Shown in pieces: positions 43,948 through 57,616 of a stretch of 64,000 bases of DNA. Origin of the DNA: Octopus vulgaris (lineage: Eukaryota); contig OX597826.1 in the NCBI GenBank assembly GCA_951406725.2, forward strand, positions 31,682,001 through 31,746,000. The letters run 5' to 3'. Below the pieces are notes generated by a model, which was not told the DNA's origin, searched no databases, and was given only the letters and a program-made list of their open reading frames with translations. Numbering within the stretch: position 1 is the stretch's first letter; each line of letters starts with the position of its first letter. Made by a program: the position numbers and the translations under genes.

Positions 43948-45741
43948 ACTCAGTCTTTTTCTTTTTCTGCAGATACGTACACTCACATGTACTCTATTTG
44001 ACAGTAATTAGTTGACTTGTTCACTAACCTCGCTTACAACCGAAGAAAACTTTTCCGTCAGAAATTTCCGTCCATAAGAACACTCTAGTTTTGATGAATT
44101 ACTTGGTGGTGTTGTATATGTCTCAATAAAACTATTGTTATATACAGAGCAATGATCGTCGCCGTTTGGTTGAAGCATTTGTAAATATTCATTCTCTGTA
44201 AGGTTTACGGGAATTAACGAAGCATTAAAGTTCGGAGGATAGCATAAAAAAGGAACGTTTGTGCTGAGAAATGTCAAGTTCAGGCTCTGCATTGCTGCCA
44301 ACATACATATTATAAAAATGTTGGCGTAGAACCAGCGCTGATAAGGTCCAAAAGAACCACATTTTTCTAAGATTTCTGAAACATTTTCATCTGATATATC
44401 TGAAATGAGGAAATAAATTGTATTAGGCATGAATTTGAATAATGTAATAGTAAATATGTTTTAAACTGAATACTAATAATAAAGATGAAAATGGAAATGA
44501 TCCATATTAGATATTTCTTGATCAATAAAATTACGTTATTGATAAAAAATATTGGAATAAACCCGGTTATTTTGGGAGAAAGGAGTAAGTCGATTACATC
44601 GACCCCGAAAAGGATAGAGGTTAAAGTCGGCCTCGGCGGAATTTGAACTCAGGACATAAAGACGGGCGAAATGTCGCTAAGCACCTTGCCAAGTGCGGTA
44701 ACGATTCTGCCACTTCGCTGCATTTTGCCGCCTTTTTATTTGTTAAGTTAGATGAGACTTACGAAGAAGGGAGCTGAAAAACTACTCTATCAACTTTAGT
44801 CCATTATTCTAATTATGGTATTACACCGTGTATGTGGAACATTCCTTGCAAACAATGTTGTACTATATTCTCCAAACCTATATAAATCTCATGTAGGAAT
44901 ACAATTTACAATGGGAAGTAGCAAGAGATAATATATATTTAAATCCCAACTAGAGGAATTGTTATATTAAGAAGAAAATTCTACATAGTAAGTCTGTGCT
45001 CCAGCATGGCCGCAGTCAAATGACTGAAACAAATGAAAGGGTAAAAGAACAAAAGGAAGTTTCTCTAACTTGGTAATTCATTGCAACGTATCTATGTTAC
45101 CATTGATTTATTCATAGAATGAATAACCATTTTGACACATGGATCTTCGCTGATTTGTTTTGTACTAAGAATGAAGATTCAGTGAATAAAATCTACACGT
45201 TCAATCATCTGTTTGCAGATTATCTTTATTTCTATAGCCGTAATTGTTGGCGTTATCTTTATTGCCAAATGTGCAAGCATCAGGTATAACACACCATGGT
45301 AAATATAGCAAAGATTTACTGATTGATTGCTTTCAACTCCAGCCTGGTATTTCTTATTTATCAATATCAATGTAGAGAAGGATGTTAAGAATTATACGTA
45401 ATAATTATTGCGTATATCTAGAAAGAGATAAAATCCATACTTGTCTTTTGAAATTTAATTTTTGAATAAGGTGTCAACATATGATAGGATATTAAATTTT
45501 TCATTATAATTTATTCTCTCTCTAAATAAGGGAAACAATCCTAAAAATTGCACATATAGATTGATGAGAACTAAACAAATAAAACGTACTTCAGATAAAT
45601 ATCAAGAATTTCCGAAGAAATAAATAAACCATGGAAATAATTTATAGGTAAAAATATTTTATGAAGTCCACGTTTGAATAATTACTAACCGGTAGTCATT
45701 TGTTTTTCTGATTTCAGTTGAAATTCTTCATTTTCAGCCAT
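36070..45741 (-). CDS. SLC22/organic cation transporter-like MFS protein, copy B (9 coding exons, 553 aa)
   Basis: Exons 45741-45690, 44399-44029, 43196-43093, 42742-42588, 39956-39788, 38896-38624 (FLHESPRWL), 37865-37651, 36989-36881, 36283-36070 ([10 protein letters not shown]...*). All introns GT-AG, phases consistent, total 1662 nt, same structure as copy A. Confidence 0.93.
41470..41702 (+). mobile_element. tRNA-derived SINE, full length, with target-site duplication
   Basis: GGCGGCGAGCTGGTAGAAACGTTAG...GGGTAGTAAAGAAAT flanked by TATATTTTAGGATGATAT and TATATTTTTAGGATGATAT. Confidence 0.85.
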
Positions 45742-46974
45742 GGTAAAAACACAATTGTTTTAGAAATTCTCTTTAAATTTGCAATGTTTTATCTAGAACA
45801 AAATTTGAACAAGCAAAACATCAATTAAATGAGTAAAATTACTTAAATTTTCTCAGTCTATAAATGTTAGTGTAGAAATTTTCCTTCACTTTCGGAGGTA
45901 ACACTCCTGTAAGTTTTGTAAAAATTGCAAATTTACTACAAATATGTAAGCAAGACAATTCTTTTCGAAGTCCTAACAGTTCTACTCATCCAGCAATCTT
46001 TATTGGTTCAATGAGTCATATCTCAAAATTTGTGCTTATACGCATAAATAGAACGTTTTATTTTACATGCACAAGATCAATGAACCGCCATAAATAATTA
46101 CGTAAATAAAATAATGAAAAGCAGATGTTAACAACGACTGTAGACTATGTAATGAGTACAAAGAAATATATGATCTCAACACTCTGGTTGTTGAGTCCTT
46201 CTAGAGCTTGATTATATTTATGGTACTGAGGGAGTTAGTAGCCATGTTAAGGGAGCAATGTGCCCTAACGTGAAGGCGTAAACCGGGCAAGAAGTAGTAG
46301 TAATGTGTATGAAAGTGTGACACGTTCTAGCATGGCCATTTTGGAGTCGCTACATTTTCTACCTCTCCTCCTGTTTCTCTCTGTCTTTCATCCTCTGTGT
46401 GAGCATATTTACCTTTATGTTTATGAGGAGAGAGAAAGTCTTTATGTCAATAATGTTCAGTTATTAAATTGCAATATCTCTCTCCCACCCACACACTTTC
46501 TGTCTGGCAGCACCAAAATGTACTGTCGCTAAAACAGGTTAAATCTCCAATGAGCCGTGCCAAATTGTCAACGTCCAAACAGCTGCGCTCATTCGTTTCA
46601 TACTGCGTACCAAATCTGTTACAAGAAACGAGCTGACCACAGTTAACTGGAATATCGCTTTCCCGACTGACAAGAAGATCCAGTCAAAGCTTCCAGAAGC
46701 AATTGTGATGGACTGGCATGAATATACATAACTTCTCGATTCCTTTTAAACAACTCAACACCCAAAATTGAATCAAACAAAACGAGAAGCATCAAAGCGG
46801 AAACAGTTTTAAAAAATTGCGCAACAAGATACGATGAATATAAGAGCAAAGTCTATACAAAGGCAGTCGACATTACACGCTGTTTATCCATAAACTACAT
46901 TGAAAACAAAAAAATTTAATTCAATAATTACTTTGCAATAACCTTTGTACACACCATAATCTTACATGATTTTT

Positions 46975-47093
46975 ATAATAGAATGATATCACTTTGAATG
47001 CACCGGTTCTGGTTCGATTAATGAAGTTAAGCAACACCCATTCTAGTGAGTACTTAGACGGGTGACCGATTGGGAAATCTAGGTGCTGTAAGC
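46975..47093 (+). pseudogene. 5S rRNA pseudogene (duplicate of 27477-27595)
   Basis: Near-identical to the 27477 copy. Confidence 0.8.
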
Positions 47094-47715
47094 ACCTCAC
47101 ACTTTCTATAGGTTCAGGCGTGACTGTGTGGTAAGGAGCTCGTGACTGTGTGGTTAGGAGTCTCACTGCGTGGCAGCTTGAGTAAGTGACTTTTACTATA
47201 GCCTCGGGCCGACCAAAGCCTTGTGAGTGGATTTCGTAAACGAACAATGAAAGAAGACCGTGGTATGTATATATATATATATATATATAATACACATAGA
47301 GGGTGAAATATAATTAATTTAATAAAATTAATAAATTTCACCTAGTAGTTTTTTCGGTATGGAAATGACCATATTTGGTAAGGATTATATTAATTATAAT
47401 AAAGGGTTAATTGCAACAAGTTGCTCAAAACCACATACCGAAAATATTAGAAAATATTTCTAATATTTTCGGTATGCTGTTTTGAGCAACTTGTTGCAAT
47501 TATATATATATATGTATGTATGTATGTATGTGTGTGTGTGTGTACGTGTACATATATATATATATATACGGCAAATAAGAAAACGGAGAGGATATAAAAT
47601 CGACAGACATCAGCCAATAAGCATTCAAGTATGTCTATTTATTCTGTTTTCTTATTTGCCGTATAAATCATGCGTAAATCACTTTTTTACTCCCGCCCAT
47701 ATATAATACACACAT

Positions 47716-47756
<41 letters not shown>

Positions 47757-47757
<1 letters not shown>

Positions 47758-49387
47758 TCCTGAAGGAATGTAGATATCAACTTGCAGTCCCTCTGACCAA
47801 CCTCTGGAGAAACTCGTTAGACGCAGGTTATATACCGAAAAAGTTTCTATCCCAGTCGGTCATCCCGGTTTTCATTCAGGGAAGCAGATCCCTCGCAGTC
47901 AACTATCGCCCAATCTCACTCACCTCCCACATCATTAAAGTGTTTGAAAGAGTGTTAAGATCAAGGATAGCTGACTTCCTGGAGACCCACAAACTCCTAA
48001 ATTCAAATCAGCATGGCTTTCGCTGTGGCAGGGACTGTCTAACACAGCTCTTACACCACATTGAAGATGTACTCAAAGCCTTGGGAACAGGTTCGAACTC
48101 TGACGTCATATACCTTGACTTCAGTAAAGCGTTCGACAGGGTAGACCATAACATCCTACTCTCAAAATTGGCAAATGTTGGAATCCGTGGAAAAGTTCTA
48201 CACTGGATTCAGTATTTCCTAGCGAATAGAACACAACATGTTGTAGTTGATGGAATCCACTCAAACCCAGCAAAAGTCACCAGCGGTGTTCCCCAGGGAA
48301 CTGTTTTGGGTCCGCTACTCTTCATAATTTATGTAAACGACCTTTCCAGTGTCGTACATCACTGCAAAGTGAAAATATTCGCTGATGACACTAAGCTCCA
48401 GCAAATCGTCAATGAAGAAGCAGACCGAACTCAACTCCAGTCTGACCTATATGCTGTGAGTCAATGGGCAGACAGAAACAAAATGCAACTGAATGAGGGA
48501 AAATTTGAGCTGATGCATTTTGGAAGAAATTCCTCTCTAAAACAACCATACTCTCTTCCTTCAGGGGAACCGCTCACAGCCTCTAACAATATCAGAGACC
48601 TGGGTGTAATTGTTGATGACGATCTCAGTTGGAGTGCACACATCAACAAGAAGGTCGATACAGCTCGTAGGATGAGTTCCTGGATCTTAAGAACTTTCCG
48701 GTCCAGAGAACAAGGTATCATCATACCACTTTTTTCATCCTTTGTACGGCCACACCTTGAATACTGCTGCCCACTGTGGTCTCCTCACACAAGACAAAAC
48801 ATCTCCAGAATTGAGTCACCCCAGAGGGCTCTCACTAAACAAATTGAAGGCATGGCTGCTCTCGACTATTGGGATCGCCTTAAAGCCTTGAAACTTTACT
48901 CCCTCCAGCGTCGCCGTGAGCGGTACATCATTTGTACGATGTGGAAAATATACCGCCAACTTTGCCCAAACGACTTAAACATTAGCTTCAAGGTTCATCC
49001 GAGACTTGGACCACGGGCTATACGTCCCCTGCCAAATTCAAGATCACAACATACATGTACACTGCAACATAATTTCTTTTCCTCAACAGGCCCTGCCCTA
49101 TTTAACATTGTCCCGAGGGAGATCAAAGAGGAAAAGGATCCCATCAACTTCAAACAGAGTCTGGATAGATTCCTTCAAAGAATACCAGATAAGCCACCCA
49201 TAATTGGATACAACTCACCCAACAAAAACTCACTACTTGAACAAAACAGGATACAACTCACCCAACAAGAACTCACTACTTGAACAAAACTTGACTTAAA
49301 CAGGATTCGAATAATCCTATCAGGTGGTGCTATTAAGTTAGACATGGCCTGGACCAATCTCTGGTCGAAACATATCTAAGTTTTCTA

Positions 49388-49392
<5 letters not shown>
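47757..49392 (+). mobile_element. 5'-truncated CR1/L2-group LINE with an open RT frame
   Basis: NYRPISLTS...QHGFR...YLDFSKAFDRVDH...SGVPQGTVLGPLLF...FADD...RDLGV...VRPHLEYC; stop at 49283; 3' stem-loop GACCA-ATCTC-TGGTC and CTAAGTTT repeats; flanked by (TA)n. Confidence 0.92.
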
Positions 49393-49438
<46 letters not shown>

Positions 49439-51929
49439 GTATGTATATGTATGTATATATAGTGACAATTTACAAAAAAAACAAAAAAAAAAAAAACAAA
49501 TGATGAAGACCGGTGTGTAAACAACAAACGGATGTATTAGTTTACGCTCTGGAAGTGACAAAGTCTTTTACGTTTCGAGCCTATGCGCTTCGACAGAAAC
49601 GAACACAGAAATAAACAGGGACAGAAAATAAAAAAGGTTTAGTGGCTAACGCTCTGTCATGGTGAATGATGGACAGAGGGGTCACACAGGAGATCTAGGA
49701 AGAAGGGGAGATAATAAGGAAGTATATATATATATTAATACTTTTGTGTGTTTGTATGTCTTTCTGTCTGTGTTCCACACCATCGCTTGACAACCGATGC
49801 TGGTATGTTTACGTCCCCATAACTTAGTGGTTCGGTAAAAGACACCATAGAATAAGTACTAAGCTTACAAAATATAAGTCTTGGGGTCGATTTATTCGAC
49901 ATAAAAGCCCTTGAACGCGGTGCTCCAGCATGACCGCAGTCAAGACTGAAACAAGTAAAAGAATAAAAATGAATAATTAATATTCAATTATATAACACTA
50001 CCAAACCACATAACTCAGTAGGCTCTACTGAGACAGTCATGGTCTTGGTCAATGATGGATGAACCCTGTCTACATATTTGCCACCTATAAAACCACGCAA
50101 CACATAATTTATTAAAAAAAAGAAACATTCTGGGCACACGGTGATATACTTGGCGGTACAGCAAAAACTTCTGTTCTACTGCAGGTACAATGCCCGAAAT
50201 TTTTGGGGAGGGGCCAGTCGATTAGATTGACCCCTGTACGCAATTGGTACTTAATTTATCGACCCTGAAAGGATGAAAGCTAAGGTCGACATCGGCCAAA
50301 TTTGAACTCAGAACACAAAGACTGACGAAATACCTGTTTCTTTACTACACACAGAGAGGACAAACAAGGACAGACAAACGGATTAAGTCGATTATATCGA
50401 CCTCAGTGCGTAACTTGTACTTATTTAATCGACCCCGAAAGGATGAAAGGCAAAGTCGACCTCGGCGGAATTTGAACTGAGAACGTAACGCCAGATGAAA
50501 TACGGCTACGCATTTCGCCCGGCGTGCTAACGTCTCTGCCAGCTCGCCGCTTCAAAACTAGCAGAAAATTATTGAAAACATCATATCTGAAAAATATCCA
50601 AAGGAGTGAATATTTAGTGCAGATGTAACATCAAAATATATCTTTGTTACTTGTTTCAGTCATTGGATTGCAGCCATGCTGGGGCACCACTTTGGAAGGC
50701 ACAGTTGAACAAATTTACGCCAATACATATTTTTTTAAAGTCTGGTATTTATTATATCTGCCACTTTTGCCAAAAGAAGGTTAAAGAGAAGTAAACAAAC
50801 CAATATCGGTTGTCAAACGCAAGAACACACACACAGGCTATACACAGTTTCCGTTTACCAAATTTGCTCACAAGTCATTGGTTTGATCGGGGCTACAGTA
50901 AAAACAAAAACACTTGCGCAAGATGCCACACTGCGTGATTCAATCCCATTTGGGTGCATAGCGAGCGTCTTGGCGACACACCCATGTCGACAAAAATTTT
51001 CCACATTTTGTAAATCAGTAGAGTTTCAATAAGTTACTGATGTGCTTAATATTCGTTTTGAAATTTGGCACTAGGCTAATAATTTTAGGGGAGGGTTAAG
51101 TCGATTGCATCGAACCCCAGTATTCAACCGGTACTTATTTTATCGATCCAGAAGGGATGAAAGGCACAGTTAACCTCAGCGGAATTTGAACTCAGTACGT
51201 AAACACGGACAAAATACTCCCTTAACTAGTGTTCATAATATTGTTAAAGCAACATACCTTAGTGATCATAACATTGACAACATGAACCATAATTTCATAT
51301 AAGCTGTAAACCTACCTGTATTTACGGCAATCTTTTCTCAAACCACAAATTATTTTTTTGTGTGCTTATATACGTGAACGCGTTTGTGTGCGTTTGTATG
51401 TGCATGTAAGTGAGAGAAGAAGAAGGAGAAAGAGAGAGGGAAAGGGCGAAAGAGAGAGAGAGAATGTATGAAGAAAGAGATGTATTTGTGAAAATGCGTT
51501 TGTAGGGACAGTTCTCAAAGAAAACCGTAAATATTTGTTTTCATATCAAAATAAAACAAAGAAGCACAAGACTATCCAAGACAAAGTAATGATATTTGTT
51601 AATCCTGCCTCGCTCGGCTTTGCTCCACTACTTAACAAATTCGCGCATATATTAAAGTATAGTGGGCCAGTAAATGTTTACCTCTCTTCTTTTTACCATT
51701 TGACTTCATTGTTTCGTATTAAATGTCAAATTTGACAGTGTAGAAATGTAAAGGAGTAAAGTATTCCATATCTAGTTGTAGCAAGAAAGCGTATAACTTG
51801 TCATTTGATATATTCATTTAACAAACTTATCAATGTTATAGTCTTCTAAAGGTTAAATAGAAATTCAGTGAAGCTGAAATTAAGCAAACAGTTATATATA
51901 TATATATATATATATCTGACAGACATATT

Positions 51930-54322
51930 CTCGACCCAATATTCCTGATTAATTGATTGATCAGGTAACTCCTCCATAGATTCCTCTCAGAATTAAACGT
52001 CAATACACTTTCTGGTTGGGTTCCTAAGTTTGATCAAATGTGGATGTGGATATTATGTACAACCTTCTCATTCTTGGTCGACCAATAAGTCTCCTGCTTG
52101 TTTTGTCGTCTTGAGGAATCAGTTTCGCAATTCTTTTCTGAGGCGTGCTAATCACATGTCCAGAGTATCGTAGTTCTCAATAAGAGAACATAGCGACTTA
52201 AAACGCAGAGAATTCCTGATTTCTGAGTTACATGTCTTGTCAAGTAACGTTACATCAATGATTCTTCGGCGAACCCCCATTTTGATGTGGGTCCCGCATA
52301 TCTATCTCTTTTGTGCTTCAGGTACTGGGTTGATATTTCCTGTTCCTGTATTGCAAACGCGTACCCTTCAAAGTGGGAGTTAGTAATTTGGCTATTGGTC
52401 CATGATAAACTGCTTTGATGATCGATGTTACTATCAGCACGGAGCTTTCAACTAACATATCCATGCATAGTCTTCTGTTCATATAGGCCCATCCTTTCAT
52501 GGGATGATACGTTGCGGTAGAGTTGTGCAACTTCTTTGGGCATGTGGTCTAGTTTATCAGATAAAGAATGTTGCTCAAGGGGCTGCCTTTTAAGTCTTAT
52601 GATGTTATCAGCCTCATGTATGCAAACTTGGTCAAGAGATGCACTTGGTGGTTAAAATATGTTGCCGGAGGGATATGATGCGACATTCAAAGGCATTTTG
52701 GATCGATGTTAAGCCTCTGCCGCCTTGTTTACGTTTTTGGTAAACGCGGTCTACATCACTGTTTATGTAGAAATTATGTGTGCTTGTTAGTATTTTTCAG
52801 GTTTTCACATCAATGGCTCGTATCTCATCAAGCGTCCAATCAAGCAGCCCAAATGTTGGTATGAGTACGAGCACTACATTGTGGGTCACTGTTTTATTGA
52901 ATCCTGAGAGCTTTGAGGTTCAAAGTTTCTTTATTCGGTTGTAATATTCTTTAGAGACACGTGTTTTGCTACAGGTGTCATTGTATGATATATTTTCATC
53001 CACCCCTAGATAGCTGTAACATTCCTCGTCAGATACAGAGGAAACAGTCAAATCATTGATGGAGATGTTACTTGTCTGGTTTATAATCTTCCCCCTTTCA
53101 ACAACCACATAACAACATTTATCCTGACCAAACTCCAACATCATTTAAGATTGTTGTAACTAGGTGAAGGCTCTTTTTAATCTCCTGCATATTCTTTGCA
53201 TAAAGTTTTACGTCATCCACAAAAAATAGTGTGTAATTTGGTATCCAAGTGAACCAGTGAGATATCCTTCAAGTTCCTTAATATGAATGACAAGGGGTTT
53301 ACAGAAAGTATAAACAACATCACAAAGAGGCTGTCCCCTTGGACTATGCCTTTGCGATATTGTATCCTGTTGGTGATAACACAATCGTTACTCTTTGTGT
53401 TTAATTTCAAGATGATGGCCCACGATGAAGTCAGGTCAGCTATGGCTTTGACTATTCTCACTGGAACTTTAGTAAGTTGAAGGGCTTCTAGCACCCATGA
53501 GTGGGGAACATAGCCAAAGGCTTTCTTGTAATCTAACCACATTGAAACTTGGTTCTTCTTATGCTCCCGCACCTCTAACATCACAGTTAGTTTTGTTGAT
53601 TAGCAATTGCTCGGCACATCCCCAGACTCCCTTTTCTCCAGCTGCATGTTCTGCTGTGATAATATTATTGGTTTCACAATGGTCTTGGAGGAAGGGGTTT
53701 AAACATGATATGTATATCTTATACATTAAGTTCTGGTATGCAATTGTCTAGTAGTTTGTTTGTCATGTGCGTGATTCTGTATTTGAGGATCAATTTTGTC
53801 TCTACCAGAGCTAACCAGTGTGGTATGCTACGGTTCCCAATGAAAGCTTAGTGATACAGATTGATAAGATATGATCGGTAGAATGTTAGCTTCTTGTACC
53901 AATATCCAACAATCAAGTCTCTCCAGGTGCTTTTCCATCCTGGAGTTTCTGGATCACAGTTGCAAGAGCTTCACCATCAATGTTGTATGTCTTGGATGTA
54001 ACGCACAGCAATAACTCTTCCGAATTCTTTGAAGTCACAGAGCATCTTGGTTAAATTCCTTCACTTCCCTCTAGATTTTCCCCAGAAGGAGCTTCCATGA
54101 TATTTATTGCTCCTCCTCTCATGTCTCTGTATACTTATGCCTGGTTGCGGTTAATTTTTTTGTTTATTTTTCTTCCCTCGGTTATTCTCTTCAGATATCG
54201 GAGTTTTTCACTGACAGCTTTTAGCTCCTGCTTTAGGGTAATCAGTTTGCAAGTGAGTGTCCCCTTTTTGCTGTCACCAAACATCATTTCTATCTCCTTC
54301 TTTACTTTCTGTTGGTGGGACG
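51930..54322 (-). mobile_element. Degenerate R4/Dong-like RT (duplicate of 31300-33700)
   Basis: Same motifs with additional indels. Confidence 0.8.
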
Positions 54323-54335
54323 TATAATAATAATG

Positions 54336-54439
<104 letters not shown>

Positions 54440-54446
54440 AATAATC

Positions 54447-54495
<49 letters not shown>

Positions 54496-55143
54496 TAATA
54501 TTCCTTTCTTTATTAGCCACACGAGCCGTCAAAAATCAGATTGGACGCTACAAAGCATGACGGACAAAATAGGGTTACATAAAGTGTCATGTAAAATGTG
54601 AAGAACAATAAAAAGTATAACAAAGAAAATGCCTAAAAGCGGCAAGCAACGTTCACCACATTCTCTCACCTTTTAACAAAATTGCTGGAAGTCAGCACTT
54701 CTCTCTCAACCCCCACTTTCCTAAAAGTTGATGAGGGATAGGCCAAAGAGAAAAAGTATTTCTCTTCAGTTCTTTCAGTCTAGACCACCACACAACCTCT
54801 TTCGCTACAGCCACGAGACAGATGGAAATTGTTTTCCCTTTCCGGCTTAAGGAAGGCGGAGGAGAAATCTACATAATAGAATCAGCCGACAGGCGGCCAT
54901 GTTTTACACCTGACAGCAGGTATTGTATGTTTTACTGGTTGATTAAATAGCAAAAGATTCATCCTTACACGTATATATTTACAATATATATACATACAGG
55001 AAAAGAGAATATAAAGAATATAAAAATAAAGAATAAAAATATTATATATATATATGTTAAGAATGCAAAACCATGTGTGAAGAAGAAGAAGAAGAAGAAG
55101 AAGAAGAAGAAGAAGAAGAAGAAGAAGGAGAAGAAGAAGAAGA

Positions 55144-55175
<32 letters not shown>

Positions 55176-55457
55176 CAAAACAAGAAAGAGGGCCAAGAAA
55201 TGGAAGGAGTAGAACAGAAAAAAGAAAAAGTAAATGAAATCAAGAGAAAATATAAATATCTGAAATGAAAAATAAAATAGTAAAAAATAAGATTAATAGT
55301 AATTGGGAACAGTGGGGAGAAGATTTGAGTTTATCAAGAATAGCCAAATGGAAAATTCAGGAATGGTCACTATTCTTGTGTCCTTCTCAAAAGTTGACCT
55401 GTATGGCGAGGTCACCTCTTCAGTTCTCACAGGTAGGATGGTATATATACACATACG

Positions 55458-55532
<75 letters not shown>

Positions 55533-55883
55533 GCACATATATAAATACACATATACATATATCACTATGCATATATAGTGATATATAAAAAAATATAGCG
55601 GCGTACGTACACTTTGGTCTCTTATATGTAAATATATATATATATATATATATATATTTAATCAATATAGGGTGCCAAAAAAAAATTTTGTAGAATTCTT
55701 TTGCCACCAGCGGCCTAGTGGGAAAAAATTAAATAGTCATAAACCATTTTTAAGTTCAACATCACAATCAAGGAACGGCCATAATAGGCCATTCACCCAC
55801 TAGAAATAACAGCCAAAAGCTTCAACCGCAAAATAACATTAATTCCGTAAACCAGGAGAAAATTAAAAAACATTTACCCTGTA

Positions 55884-55990
55884 ATTTCTTATACGATGCA
55901 CCGTTTCGTCTACTGTTTAATGGTAAACTAACCTGATTAAATTAAATCAAGCCAATCTACCATAGTCCCTTAGATTCATCAGTAAGAAAT
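55884..55990 (-). ncRNA. Type I hammerhead ribozyme
   Basis: ATTTCTTA-CTGATGA-ATCTA...TAGAC-GAAAC-GGTGCATC-GTA^TAAGAAAT, with an A.C mismatch at the base of stem II. Confidence 0.8.
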
Positions 55991-56853
55991 AGCCAAGTCG
56001 GAACAGATATTTTTCACGAGGCATTCCCGTCCCTGCCTCGGCAATATCTGACCTAAAATTTTCAAATCGTCGCACTCGCGCCAAATTTATCGGCAGCAAA
56101 TAAATATAAGCCGCCGATTCCATTACGGAATTAACCAGAAAATTCATAATTAATCAATATAGGGTGGCAAAAAAATTTTGTAGAATTCTTTTGCCACCAG
56201 CGGCCTAGTGGGAAAAAATTAAATAGTCATAAACCATTTTTTAAGTTCAACATCACAATCAAGGAACGGCCATAATAGGCCATTCACCCATTAGAAATAA
56301 CAGCCAAAAGCTTCAACCGCAAAATAACATTAATTCCGTAAACCAGGAGAAAATTAAAAAACATTTACCCTGTAATTTCTTATACGATGCACCGTTTCGT
56401 CTACTGTTTAATGGTAAACTAACCTGATTAAATTAAATCAAGCCAATCTACCATACAATCGTATAAGAAATTACAGGGTAAATGTTTTTTAATTTTCTCC
56501 TGGTTTACGGAATTAATGTTATTTTGCGGTTGAAGCTTTTGGCTGTTATTTCTAGTGGGTGAATGGCCTATTATGGCCGTTCCTTGATTGTGATGTTGAA
56601 TTTAAAAATGGTTTATGACTATTTAATTTTTTCCCACTAGGCCGCTGGTGGCAAAAGAATTCTACAAAATTTTTTTGCCACCCTATATTGATTAATTATG
56701 AATTTTCTGGTTAATTCCGTAATGGAATCGGCGGCTTATATTTATTTGCTGCCGATAAATTTGGCGCGAGTGCGACGATTTGAAAATTTTAGGTCAGATA
56801 TTGCCGAGGCAGGGACGGAATGCCTCGTGAAAAATATCTGTTCCGACTTGGCT

Positions 56854-56958
56854 ATTTCTTAGATGAATCTAAGGGCCTATGGTAGATTGGCTTGATTTAA
56901 TTTAATCAGGTTAGTTTACCATTAAACAGTAGACGAAACGGTGCATCGTATAAGAAAT
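56854..56958 (+). ncRNA. Hammerhead copy with a core deletion, predicted inactive
   Basis: Reads ATTTCTTA-GATGA: C3 and U4 of CUGAUGA are missing; the rest is intact. Confidence 0.7.
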
Positions 56959-57342
56959 TACAGGGTAAATGTTTCTTAATTTTCTCCTGGTTTACGGAAT
57001 TAATGTTATTTTGCGGTTGAAGCTTTTGGCTGTTATTTCTAGTGGGTGAATGGCCTATTATGGCCGTTCCTTGATTGTGATGTTGAATTTAAAAATGGTT
57101 TATGACTATTTAATTTTTTCCCACTAGGCCGCTGGTGGCAAAAGAATTCTACAAAATTTTTTTTGCCACCCTATATTGATTAATTATGAATTTTCTGGTT
57201 AATTCCGTAATGGAATCGGCGGCTTATATTTATTTGCTGCCGATAAATTTGGCGCGAGTGCGATGATTTGAAAATTTTAGGTCAGATATTGCCGAGGCAG
57301 GGACAGGAATGCCTCGTGAAAAATATCTGTTCCGACTTGGCT

Positions 57343-57449
57343 ATTTCTTACTGATGAATCTAAGGGCCTATGGTAGATTGGCTTGATTTAATTTAATCAG
57401 GTTAGTTTACCATTAAACAGTAGACGAAACGGTGCATCGTATAAGAAAT
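57343..57449 (+). ncRNA. Type I hammerhead ribozyme
   Basis: ATTTCTTA 57343-57350, CTGATGA 57351-57357, GAAAC 57426-57430, GTA 57439-57441, TAAGAAAT 57442-57449. Confidence 0.8.
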
Positions 57450-57566
57450 TACAGGGTAAATGTTTTTAATTTTCTCCTGGTTTACGGAATTAATGTTATT
57501 TTGCGGTTGAAGCTTTTGGCTGTTATTTCTAGTGGGTGAATGACCTATTATGGCCGTTCCTTGATT

Positions 57567-57612
<46 letters not shown>

Positions 57613-57616
<4 letters not shown>

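Larger units (their letters stand above)
55659..57570. mobile_element. Fold-back array of the ~491-nt hammerhead-bearing unit, inserted in (TA)n
   Basis: Unit starts at 55659 and 56151; inversion at 56455-56458; about 2.3 inverted units to 57570; the paralogous site at about 35120-35150 is empty. Confidence 0.85.

Noticed and set aside
47670-47756. N-terminus of the 537-aa ORF as a true start
   Set aside because: It comes from flanking (CA)n/(TA)n; the LINE is 5'-truncated and lacks its endonuclease domain.
55659-57570. CRISPR array or simple satellite reading of the repeated blocks
   Set aside because: Units are ~490 nt with no unique spacers, the context is eukaryotic and there are no cas genes; inversion and ribozyme content fit a retroelement better.
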